64,000 nucleotides of DNA from Marsupella aquatica (lineage: Eukaryota; Plantae; Marchantiophyta): the NCBI GenBank assembly GCA_973895155.1, contig OZ316894.1, forward strand, positions 3,620,944 to 3,684,943. The letters run 5' to 3'. Positions 39,267-51,320 of the stretch are shown here, in pieces; within the stretch, counting starts at the first letter, position 1; each line of letters opens with the position of its first letter. The notes under the pieces were generated by a model. That model did not search any database. It was not told the origin of the DNA and saw only the letters and a list, made by a program, of their open reading frames with translations. The position numbers and the translations under genes are program-made.

Positions 39267-40427
39267 CTATCCAGGGGAGGAAGTTATGTTTCGTTTACCA
39301 GTATGTTTGAAGACGGCCACAGAATCCACCTGCATCGTACATTCCTTGTCGAACTTCTGTGCCATTGTCATGGGTTCAATTACTTCCGAATCTAAGAAGC
39401 CTTTCCACCAATTTCCGGTTTGGAGGCCAATTTCAATCCTCTTGTGCAAAACTCTCGAGCCAGGCATATTTGCTCGAGGCTTAATCCTTTCCACCAATGC
39501 TGAGATGCTAGTGCAATTGACAATGAACACCGCATATGGACCGGACTGAGGTTGAAGTTCTTCCACAGCCTTCTTCAATATTGCGATCCCTGCAGCGTCC
39601 ACAACAATGTACATCGATTCGCGTTGGCCTTCGCTGCTGCTTTCAACTTCACCAGAAGCTCCACGACCACTGCTTCCACTTGACAGATGACCATTCCTAG
39701 CATCTATCATCAGCTGCTGACTTCCACCACCGCTCCTCTCAGCTGGACAATCACTGGTGGTACTTTCCGAGGTCTCGCTCTGGGTGACTGAACCATCTTT
39801 ATGTTGACTTGGTGGAGATGAAATTGAAGGGTCTATAGCAAGACCATTACCTCGGCCTCCGGCTGATTGGTGACTGGTGCTTTCACCTGCCATCCCTGGA
39901 TCGTTAATTGTCACCAGTACATCCTGGGGTGCATCGCCAGTTCTCGCTACTTTAAGGCTCTTTCCTCCACTGGTGGCATCGCGGGTGTGAACTAAATCCT
40001 TCAGCAAGCGGAAACAAGGTTCTTTACGTTTGAAAAGCCACCAGAACATTGTTATTACAACCACAAAGGCGGCACCAATAATATACGGGAGCACCCTTAT
40101 CACTCCAAAGCTTCGCTTTGCCGTGATGGAGGAAATGTCATTCACCAAAATTTGTGCTGGGACCGTCAAAACGATGCTCATTATCGGTTTCTGAAGAAAC
40201 TGTGCGTATTCTTTCCACAAGGAAGGTGGCTTGCTGTTCGGTGCCATTTCTGCAACAAGGGAACTCCAAGAGATAGAAGGAGCCGAATTGCCACCAGCAG
40301 AAAGCTCCACGTGCTTAGCTCCCGAGGTGAAACCGCCTATGAGCAATCAGAGAACAGTGGTAGCTGTCAGGATGATGAACCAAATTGAGATCAACTCCAG
40401 TTTCAACGTTGGCAGTTCTCCGCCCAT
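39267..40427 (-). CDS. Single-pass membrane protein of unknown family, probably pseudogenised
   Basis: 359-aa ORF with a TM segment (VLPYIIGAAFVVVITMFWWLF-KRK), a Ser/Gly-rich linker and a globular C-terminus. The upstream in-frame hydrophobic leader MGGELPTLKLELISIWFIILTATTVL is cut off by a single TGA. Confidence 0.55.
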
Positions 40428-41310
40428 AATGGTCAACATAACACAATGCCTTGCACGCGATACCTTGTCTATGAAGCCTACCTGCGTGAAGGATCGACAG
40501 AAGGCCGGTCACAAGCCTGCACGGACATCATGGAACGGCTGAATTCAGATTAGATGATGGGGAAATCACACGAAACTAGAACGTGTTACCAAGACTGAAT
40601 GTAGGATTAGTCCCCGTCCTGGACTAGGATTTTGAGTTGCCATTTTGAGTTTTGGTAAGGTCTTCATTTTCGGATCGTTTGACTGAAATCCTGTATCGTG
40701 TGAAATAACACAGGGGGCCTGTCTATTGTGGGATAGTGGATGAGCAGTTGATTACCCCGACGATAACCTTCCCTCGTTCGGTACGCGTTGTCTTCGATCA
40801 TGAAACTGGGCAGGTATCTCAGCCTGTTGCTCCAGTTCGACATGGTTCATGAAGGATTGACAATTGTCCTTGCAGAGGGTTCAGGCTGCTAGTGACCCCA
40901 GCTCAGAAAGAGAAATCGAATTCTAGCTCTTCCCGATTAAGACTCAATGACGCCCTTCAGGCAGCTATTGATGCCAGCTCAGAGATAGAGATAGAGATAG
41001 AGATCGATCTCTAGCTCTTCCCGGTTGAGACTCACAGACGCCATCGCAGCGATCCAAATCGATGAGAAAGATTTATTTTCTTCCCAGAATCCGACCAATT
41101 TGGAGTGTTCTTCTCAGCATGATTATTCCAAAGCAGCTCTTTCGAGCATGATTACAGGAGTCCGCAAAAGTCTGGCTAGTCCTGTACACTGACAGCAACG
41201 GGACTTCAGCTCCATTTCGGAGAAGGTCGCATACTCACGACTATCCCCCACAAGGCAAGTGCGTTTCGGAGAAGGTCGCATACTCACGACTTTCCTGCAC
41301 AAGGCAAGTG

Positions 41311-43138
41311 ATTCAGGGAGACGAGTCCCTGCATTATCACTCAATGCACCTCGATTCTCCCCATAAACCACCGGAATACTCTCTCCATTTTTGTGTCTCA
41401 CTTTAGTTTCAGGCTAGCCCCATTTTTGGGTCCAGGTTCAGTTTTGAGGAGGACACAGATTTTTGAGGAATTCTAATGTTTTGATGGTTTTAACTTATTC
41501 ACAAATAATGTAAAACTATAATATCAATTTTAAAAATATGAATATATTTGTTAATAAAAAATATAAAATAATTATAAAATATTAAATGGTAATGAGCATG
41601 GAGAATTGATGCACAGAAGTAGTGTGTGACCTAGTCGCATTGGAGGTCAGTTGAGACTATGATGTGGCGTGTTCAAGGCACACAATGGGCAACTTTTCTT
41701 TTCTTTGATTGAGAGCATGGAAAGGAATGAGGGTGTCTAATTGTATTTGAAAATGGAAATGGTAAATGAGATATATATGGGGGTTTCAAGTAATTTGGAG
41801 ATAGCAAAAATAACAAAGGAAACACCCATGAGAGCCAGGGAGATTAAATTAACCTATTTTGTTAATTTCTTGTACCTGCCCATTGTTGTGAGGTGCCAAT
41901 CATGTTCCTGGTGGGGTAGTTGCTTTCAGTTTTAGGAAGAATCCAACAAAAGAGGTTAGCGTGAGAAGCCAACAAAAGAGGTTAGAAGTCAAAAGGCAAA
42001 CAATATTAGCGGTGGTGTTCACAGGAGAAGAAAGGCCTTGTGCAACAACCTGAGAAACCAGTAAGACAAAAGAAAGCCCCTTGAAAAAGGCACAAAAACC
42101 AACCCAGCAGAAGGCCCCTATGAAGCTAGTCCAAAAGTGTGTGGTAGAGAAGACAACAGGGCCAGGATTGAGAAGTGTGCTCCAATTGACAGGTTATTTA
42201 AAGTTTGCAAGGAATTGGTGCAATCATGGGTCTTAATTCTTTGAGTGTCTTGACAAATGTGTCAAGCACAGCACCTTTGGTAGACTTGTTTTCCAGGGTA
42301 GCCAACTTAGACTATTTCCAACCTTGTATGTAGAAAAGATATGTGATTGAGTGATTAATTGTAGGGTGGTAGACTGTCATTGGCTTCTAGGTTTTCTATT
42401 GATTTGAAAACAAATTTCATGAATAAGGTTTTGCTTCTTATACAATAAGATGTGTGCTTACCATGAATGATTTAGGAGATAAATGGTTTTTTATGTGATC
42501 ATGTCTCCTCAACTTTTCTGTTGCTGCTATATGGCGCATCCTTGGTTCATATCCCCAAGTCCAATTTGTTTGGACATTATTTTAATTTTTATGCCTGGCT
42601 TTGATGGGTGTCTCCTTTGTTATTTTTTCTATCTCCAAAATTACTTGAACCCCTCATATATATTTCATTTACCATTTCCATTTTCAAATACAATTAGACA
42701 CCCCCGCCCCTCTAACGTTCATTCCTTTCCATGCCCTCAATCAAAGAAAAGAAAAGTTTCCTGTCATGTGCCTTGAACACACCACCTCGTAGTCTCAACT
42801 GACCTCCAATACCACTAGCTCACACACTACTTCTATGCGTCAATTCTCCATACTCATTACCATTTAATAGTTTATAATTATTTTATATTTTATCTTAAAA
42901 TATATATTGATATTTTAAAAATTGATATTATAGTTTTATGTCATTTTTGAATAAGTTAAAAACATCAAGCATTAGAACTCCTCAAAAATTTGTGCCCTCC
43001 TCAAAACTGAACCGGGATCCAAAAATGGGGCTGGCCTCAAACTGCAGTGAGACAAAAAAATGGAGAGAGTATTCCAGTGGGCTCTGGGAGAGAATCGAGG
43101 TGCATTGAATGACAATGCAGGGACTCGTCTCCCTGAAT
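41311..43138. mobile_element. Foldback/MULE-like non-autonomous element with ~530-bp TIRs
   Basis: 41311-~41839 is the inverted copy of ~42592-43138 (ATTCAGGGAGACGAGTCCCTGCATT...). 8-bp TSD GGCAAGTG at 41303-41310 and 43139-43146. Confidence 0.9.
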
Positions 43139-43586
43139 GGCAAGTGTGTTGACAAATCATTTCCGGACTGTGTTTTTCTGTAGGAGGTCGTTGAATGATG
43201 GTGACGCGAACACACTTTCAAAAGATTCCAGGAAATTGTAAGAGTGGTGATGTGGGATATAAGTTTAGGATTTAGGGGGGCGAGACTTTGGAACTGTACT
43301 CAATGAAGAACAAGAGTACAAACTTTGTACACGAAGGGCCAAATAGAATACACAAACCAAAATTCAATGCATTGTCAAGCTTTTTATTAACGTGTCCCCC
43401 AAAGTGACCTAAATTACTAATTTACCACCAAAATTATTTTAATTTTTAGGTTGGCCCCTTTATCATCTACATTAATCAATTAATAGTTTGAGTTAACCTA
43501 GGATAATTTTTCATTGGTGGACTAACACATGGCAAGGCACTATTGGCTCAGCCTTACCCTGGCCAAGTTTACCCTCACCGGGCTAG

Positions 43587-46500
43587 CACTAGTACATTTT
43601 TGCAGTTTTTCCAATGCTCCGGTCGCGGCCTAAAAGAGGTGTCCCATGCCCTTTCTATCGGACATGTCCGATATTTTAAGAAACGGTTTGTCCGATACAC
43701 TCAGCTTCGGAAACTACCGGTCCGATTTTAATAACTTCGGACCACGTTACCCATACAACCTACATCGGGCAATTACCAATGACGACCAAGTTGGACTTAG
43801 GTTCAAAATGTTCTATGGAGGGGTCCGATACCCATTCAATGGCATCCTAGATCCAATACAAAAAATATCGGAAATATTCCGATGGTAATAAAATGGCATC
43901 ACCCTTCTGAAGGTGGTCTGATGGCTGAGGTAGGGCAATGTGTATCCGACGCAGGAAAGATGGGAAAAAGGTCCGATGTGGTTAGTATGGCAAATGTGGT
44001 CCGTGGTTTGAATATCGGATAGGCCGGGTTTTTGGTTTTTTGAATGTTTTAAGGTGAAGGTTTGATGGTTTCGGTGATTTGAAACATGGGAAAGGGTATG
44101 GGAAAGATGGGAAATTTTCAGTATGCATGCATGGAGGATTTCCATCTGATCAAAGGACTTCAGTGAACAATATATCATTCATTCAAGAAATTCATATTTG
44201 AAGCTTGCATGCATGTCAATCTTTTGAGGTACATATATGTGTGGAGTAATTATTATAATAGGTAGAACCAGATATATATATGATTCTTTAATACCGATAG
44301 AAGGAAAACATAGAGGGGTTTTACCTACCTAGGGTTGCATGTACTATAGAGAGGGGTCCAAATCCTCCACTATGACTACATTTGGTTGATCCTGAACGGT
44401 GGATCGTGAGCGAGGGATGTAAGGCATGACAATGGACCACTCTGGGTCATCCGGATAGGGAAGATAAAATGCTTGCTCCAAATGATGGGGAAATGCAAAT
44501 GGATCTGACGTTCTCCAACTGGAACTAACAACACTACGTGCACTTGTCTTCAACCCGGGCTTCAACCGTGTGAAACCACAAGCATCCTCTTCACAAGTCC
44601 GGTTGTGGCCGACTAGATTCATTCGAAACCACTTGCACTTCAACACCACCTCCTCCAAGGTTGTATGTTGTTGATACTTGATGGTAAGAATCTCCTCAAT
44701 TTTCCCATAGTGTGCCACAGAACTACGTATATATGGGATTTCTATCAGATGTGCTACTCTGTGAATCTTGGATGAACCACCCCATCACCCCACAATCTTG
44801 TGTTGCTGCCCTCTTCATATCAAGATGTTCAACTTGAAAATGCCTCCCCTTTGACCACATGGTTGTTCGAGTTGTGACTGTAAGTAATGGACCATGAACC
44901 AAGGTGTGCATGTCACCGATGGCCTCTGGGAAGTGCAAAACACTCTCACCCCGACCCAACAAGGCATCAATCTCTGCCAACTTCTCCTTCATATTTGGGA
45001 GAAACTTTGGGAAGAGGTGTGGCCGTCGACTATTCTGCTTCTCCTCCTCATAATAGGTACTCCACTCCCCTGCAATCTCTGGAGAGTTATACAACATGAA
45101 TGTGGTGAGCTGGAGGCGCTCAGCAGACCCTAGTAGTCGTTCTCCCTTTGCTTCTGTGAGTCTATCATCCTCATAGTCTGCCTCTCGTGTTGCCTCATCT
45201 GTCCATCCCCTTGGAGCATTCGGATCAAGTGTAGCCACAATATTCGTACAATAGAACATACTTTTTTCTCCAAGGTGATGCTCAGCAATGCTACCTTCCA
45301 CCCTAGCACGGTTTGACACATACCCCTTCATGACTCCCATGTACCGCTCTATCCAATACATCCAACGACAATGTACAGGGCCTGCAATTGCCACTTCATG
45401 CACTAGATGTATGAGAAAATGAACCAAAGGGCATCCCGAAGATCCTCGCTGCCCAATCCGATAATAGCAACTGGAATAACATGCTGCAAAAGGCGATGGT
45501 AATCATGGGTCTTCAAGAAAGCTGGCCACTTTGGAGAGTCATCTCCACCAAATGCCTTGTGGAGATTGGCACCATACCTTGTAGGAAACCGCATTGATCC
45601 TATACGTTTGCAAAACTCTGTCCGCTCATTCCTCGTCAAAACCCATGGGGGATGGATAGTAAGGGGATGATCAGGATCATCCATAGATGGCCAAAAACCA
45701 TGAAGTCCATGCATCCCCATCTCCTCACAACTCTCTCTCCAGTTGCTGTTTTTCTCCCCATGTAGATGTCGGATCAATGACCTCCCAACATTTCCCTCAA
45801 TGTGCATAGGGTCCAATAGATGGTTAATGGGCATGTGGCCCCAATATGGAAGTTGTGATAGTGCTGACAAACGGGTCATTCCGCATCTAGCCAAGGGTAA
45901 TGGGTCATCTGGGTCAGTGACCCTCTCCCATACTTCCTTCCAATATGCTGGGTCTTTTTGTTGAGGTTGAGGACGTGTATCTGGTTGACCCAACTCTGTG
46001 TCATACAAAATGGATCATACCTCCATTCATGCTCTTCTGGAAGATACTTTGTGTGACCAATGTAAACAATCTTTCGCAGGGTGGTAGACTTTGGGCGCTC
46101 CACTCCCTCCAAATCGGGACCACAAGTCGGGCAAGCTCGGTATCCAAAAGTATGCAAGCCAGAAACATATCCAAACCCTTGAACAAGAATGGTAACAAAA
46201 CACCACAAATGTTTCAAAGTAAGTTCATTTTCAGAAGCAACGTACCTAAGGGACAAATCCTATTTAAAATTGAGCATACATATACAGATAGACCATGCAA
46301 TGCAAAGCCATATGTACGTAATTTAATTTAAAGGAAGTGCCAAAAATCCATATTCATACCTGGAAGATCATGCATGGTCCACATAAGAATGGCCTTCAAC
46401 TTAAACTGACGGGGTAAGCCCCCCGTATGCACTCGGCCATCATAGCAATCCACTCCTCTCCATAGCACTTTTCGCTCCTCAATCAATGGTTGCAAGTATA

Positions 46501-47332
46501 CATCAATCTTCTTCACTTGCTTAGGACCAGGGATAATCATGGACAGGATCAAATGACCCTTCTTCATGGCCATCCATGGTGGGATGTTGTAGTTAGTGAG
46601 GACTACTGGCCATACTGAGTATGGTTGGGCCTTGCCAGCCATTGCAAACGGGCTTATACCATCTGACGCCAAACCAAGGCAAACGTGACGAGGATCAGTC
46701 TTGAAATCACCCCAACAATCCTCCACAAATTTGTTTGCAGGGGAGTCAACCATCATGCGCATGGTAGGTGGATCCAAACTCATGTCTGAATGATGTTGGT
46801 AATGCCATACCATATACTTAGCCAACTCTGCACATCAAAATTGGTGACGCAAACGAGGAATAAGGGGAAAGTACCTCATAACCTTTTGAGGTACTTTTCC
46901 AGTCAACATATCCTCACGATATCTTGGGGCGTTGCAGGTGGGACATGTCACTGCATCCTTGTGCTCTTTCCTGAACAAAACACAATCATTCACACAAGCA
47001 TGTATGATTTCATACTTGAGTCCTATGGACTTCAACACTTTCTTTGCCTCTTTCCACGATGCTGGCAAGTTGTTCCCTTTTGGCAACATACGCTCATGCA
47101 ATGTCCTGAAAATATCATGAAGGAGCAAGTTGCTTGCTCCGTGTCTTTGTTGCAAGTTCAGTAATAACATGATTGCCAAAAGTCGAGATAATCTGGACCC
47201 CTCAAATATGCGAGTTCGTGCATGCTCCTGAGCCTCCTCCCATTGTTGGGAATGTGATTCCCGTGGAGGAACGTGACTAGAAGGAGGAGGTAAGTCAATG
47301 TCCTCCCAATCACCCATGTCATGATGTGACAC
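43587..47332 (-). mobile_element. Second CACTA element, truncated, with decayed TnpD (44344-47332)
   Basis: Candidate terminus CACTAGTACATTTTTG at 43587, with TCGGA/TCCGA subterminal repeats. Frameshifted pieces carry IHACVNDCVLFR...CPTC...MRYFPLIPRL, LGLASDGISPF, WTMHDLPG, DPMHIEGN, LKTHDYH, WMYWIERYM and DPFAFP. The other end is absent. Confidence 0.88.
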
Positions 47333-49600
47333 GGGTAACGTGTCACTTAACCAAACGCAGGTCCTAGATTAGGACTTATACGGTCATTAGGACCGTAGCC
47401 GTAGCGTAGAATAGCACGAATAGTCATCTTTGCCATTATGAATAGATTAGGAGTAGGTTAGTTGACTGAATGATTATGAATTAAGGAAAGGGGATTATTA
47501 CGATTGGCCGAGGTACGGTGGCGGCGGCGGAGTAAAAATCCATTAGGAGATCACGCTTGGACTAAGACGCCCAACTTTGGCTCATTATCAAAGACCAAAA
47601 TGGCCTCGCCTTCTCACGCTCGAGCTCACCCTAGCACCTCCATAAGAGCTGAGTCGATGGCGCTGCGGTCCATTTGCTCATTTCTACCTTTTGGAATTTG
47701 CGGATGCTGCCATTCACTCTCGCCTTTTGCTCAAATCAAGCTAACTTTTACGAGGAAATTATCAAAGGACAAGAGCGGATTGTGGCGGGATTTAGTCAGG
47801 GTGAGTAAGGCCGCCACCAGCAAGCAAACTGCCGGGCGGGAACGCGGACTTGACAAACCAGACTACAAAGGTTAGTATGACCTTTATAGCCTTGGGATTT
47901 TGGACCTTGTTTGGCGAGGTAGGTGCTAAGTTCTCTGAGACTTATTGGTATTCTTGCCCCGAGAAAGCCGCTTACAAACGAAGGTACGCGAAGTTGGTGG
48001 CTAAGGTAGCACAGGTTAACTGTGAGAAGACAGCCATCACCAAGGATTCCAACTACAACGAGTTGCGGGACTACATCACCGAGTTATATATCAGCGAGGA
48101 GGGGTTTAGATCGGTAGCAGAGGCGATTCTTGAAGTCCCCGCGAAGTTCTTTAGGCTGAGGGGTAGCCAGAGACTGACTCCAGCGGAGTTCGACAAGATC
48201 CCAGGATACATCGACCAGTAGATTGCAACAGAGGAGACCAACCACGGATTGTAAGCCGCTTGGAGGAAGAACTCATGGCAAAGGGGAACGAGATCGGGCA
48301 CCTCCAAATGCTAGTAGAACACCTCAAAGAGGAGGCCACTACCCGCCGTGAAGAGTTAGTCCGCACCATCGAACAGTGGGACGGACTAAACCAGGAGTTG
48401 AGCGGAGCGCAAGCAGATCTCAAGAAGCTAGTTGACACCGTTTGTTGAGGTCGGTCAGGCTGGTAACCTGAGCCGAGGCTGGTAACCAGCCTGACCGACC
48501 TCAACAAACAACGCATGTAGTCAACTCAGCAAGTCTCGGGGGGGTCACTATATGAAGGGTCATACATCACGTGCGACGGTTTGGGTCATTTATGACCCCC
48601 CTAAGTCACTTTCTAGAAAGTTGTACGGCACCAATCATGTGATGACACGTATGCATTTTGCAATTAAACAACCCTATATTTCCATAGAAGACTTAATAAG
48701 TCTTTCGCCAAAACCATTTCAATGGCCCTATACTTCGTCGCACATGATATGCCACTTCCATGGAAGTGACCCCCCCGAGCAGCAAGTGACTAGTCTCTCC
48801 GCCGAGCGGGATAAATTGTTGGCGCAGAACCAGACCCATCGTGACTCCATCGGCCAGCTCAGCCTAGAGGTAGCACGGCTCCAGACCGAGGCCGATGAAG
48901 CTGCGAACGGGCAGAGGAGTCGGTACGGGATAACAAGGCCTTGCAGGACCGCATTACCCTGCTCGTCCTCCAACGGGAAAAACCTGGGCCCACCTCTGAT
49001 CAAGGTGGCTTGAGGTCTCGCCCCGACAAGGGGACAAACCCTGGCCCGACCACAGCACGCACGTAAGGGGTGGTTAGCGAAGGGTGTGAGCAGGCGCCGT
49101 GTGGGGCAGTTGAGTCAGGAGCATCTTTTTGATTAGGCTTAAGGACAGAATATCTGTCATTAGACGCCGATTAGCGGCGCAGTAAGAAGAATTAGGACAG
49201 GATCAATTAGGATTAGCTGACGTAGGATAGAGTCCATCGACGGACTAGATTTTGGTCAGTAGACTTAGCCACTGCCACCCCGGTCAGTGCCCCTTGCCAC
49301 TGACAGTCAGCTGGTCAGAGGTAGTGCGGCCAGTTAGTCAGAAGGTAGTTAGTCAGTAGGCATTACCGTGGGAGGTAGTATCTCCCAGCTCCTTTCCGCA
49401 ACGTAGTATTTAGGCTTCCCATTCCGCTATGGAAGGGGGAGAGGGCTTAGTTATCTCAGCGCAAGAAAAGGCGAGGCACGGGGAGTCCTGGCCTGAGCAG
49501 GGTCAGAGTGCACTATAGCTCTTTTGCATTTTGAATGAGATCTGCACCAAACAGGGTTGGCCCATCCCCTTCTCCAGCTTTAAATCCCAATGACCTAGCT
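47326..49600. mobile_element. Probable LTR-retrotransposon-derived fragment truncating the second CACTA
   Basis: Abrupt switch to CpG-richer sequence near TGTGACACG (~47326). Coiled-coil ORF relics at 47850-48448. No RT or integrase motifs seen; boundaries approximate. Confidence 0.35.
48535..48779. mobile_element. MITE (CTCGGG family), 245 bp
   Basis: TIR CTCGGGGGGGTCACT / AGTGACCCCCCCGAG. 8-bp TSD CAGCAAGT at 48527-48534 and 48780-48787. Confidence 0.92.
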
Positions 49601-50121
49601 CGAATCAGGCGATAGGCTCAAATGTGGGCTTTTTAGACATAGAAAATATGTATACTATCAGGGTCTCTTTCCTTCAGAAAAGTGGGAGTAGGGTGGATCA
49701 TCAGGCCCCTACGAAGTGTGAGACCCCATTTTTGAAGGGAAATTATTGCAGCACCCAGCCAGCAAGGTCATCAGGGTTGGGATCCCAGTTGGGATTGGAA
49801 CTTGTGAGGGGGAGGGGCCAGCCCTGGTTGGTGCAAGACCTTTTCAAAAAATGGGAAAGTGCTAGCTGAGTGAGGGTAAGCTCGGGCAGGGTAATTAAGG
49901 TGGAGCCAATAGCGCCTCGCCACGTGTTAGTCCACCAATGAGAAATCTCCCTGGGTTAACTAAAACAGTTACTGTAACCCATATATACAATATGGGGGGC
50001 AACCTAGCAATTAAAATAATTTTGGGGGTAGGTTAGTAATTTAGCTCAGTTTGGGGGCAGGATAGTAAAAACCTGTTTATTCTAAAGTAGAATCTACCGT
50101 GGAGAGTTCCCATGGATAAAT

Positions 50122-50462
50122 CTCGGGGGGGTCACTACATGGAGGGTCATACATCACGTGCGACGCTTTAGGGTTTGACCCCCCTAACTTATAAGTGAAA
50201 AATAGTTTTTTGCAAAACCCTTTCTTTCTTTAAATTTTGACATTTTTTATTAAAAAATCCCTAAAAACTTTAAATAAAGTATTTTTTACAATTAAATAGG
50301 TCTATGTGTTCTTTATAGTAGACCAATCAATAAAACATGCCCTATGTGTTCTTCCACCAAACTTTGGAAGTCTCCCACCACACCCATTTAAATGGGCCTA
50401 TACTTTGTCGCACGTGATGTGCCACTTCCGTGGAAGTGACCCCCCCCCCCCCCCCCCCCGAG
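50122..50462. mobile_element. MITE (CTCGGG family), 341 bp
   Basis: TIR CTCGGGGGGGTCACT / AGTGAC(C)nGAG. 8-bp TSD GGATAAAT at 50114-50121 and 50463-50470. Confidence 0.92.
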
Positions 50463-51039
50463 GGATAAATGCGGCATGTGTAATTGCATCAATAACTCAG
50501 TACATCATTAACTGCAGGTTAGTCAAATAGCAGGTTGGTCAAATAGTCATACATATTTTTTTGAGGCTGCTATATGGCAGGACACTCTTTCTCTATCTTG
50601 TCTTATTCAAATTACTTACAATGTATTTTTATGTCAATCTGCTCTGATATATGCTTTTGTCATGTATTATTTAGAATTTAGTCATTTTTCCAGCCCCTTT
50701 AATTTTTTATTTCCTTAGTTTTTAAGAGGTTTCCTATATTTCCTATAATTTTATTTATCATTTTGAGGGCATTTTCCTTTCCTTACATGAGAATGTTGGA
50801 CTCTTCAACTAGGCATCTACTATTCTATATTTGATGCAATTCAACTTATACCTATTTGGTTATAAAGTTTACAAGGTTTATGGTTTATGGATCAAGGTGT
50901 CACCTAAATATAGAGCCCCTCACAATAGAACAGAAAATTGAAAAGGAACAAAGCTAACATACTCCTAGTCCCGGTTTGACCTTGCTTGTCAAATTGGGCG
51001 CTGGAGACCGTCATTTTGTCATCCTGTCATCCCGGTCTC

Positions 51040-51320
51040 CCGGGTTTGGGTTCAGGTCCGGGTAGCAGGGTTTGGGCCGGGTGTTAAAAGGGTCCGGGCA
51101 GGGTCCGGGGGGTTCTAGGGGGGTCCAGGCAGGGTTCGGGGAGTTTGGGGGAGATCGGGCAGGGTCCGTGCGGGGTCTGGGGGAGTCTGGGCGGGGTCCG
51201 GGGAGTTCAGGCCGGGTTCGGTTGGGCCGGGGTCGGGTCCGGGGAAGTCCACGCTGGGTTCGGGTGGGCCGGGGTTGGGTTTGGGTTGGGTCAAGCCGGA
51301 GTGTGGGGGAGTTCGGGGGA
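51040..51320 (+). repeat. G-rich low-complexity (GGGTCCGGG/GGGTTCGGG) array
   Basis: Dense runs of GGG separated by TCC/TTC. Confidence 0.75.

Larger units (their letters stand above)
43378..50074. mobile_element. Old MULE-like element defined by ~200-bp diverged inverted ends
   Basis: 43378-43590 is inverted against 49858-50074 (e.g. TCATTGGTGGACTAACAC / GTGTTAGTCCACCAATGA; GCTAGCACT / AGTGCTAGC). No TSD found. Confidence 0.6.
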
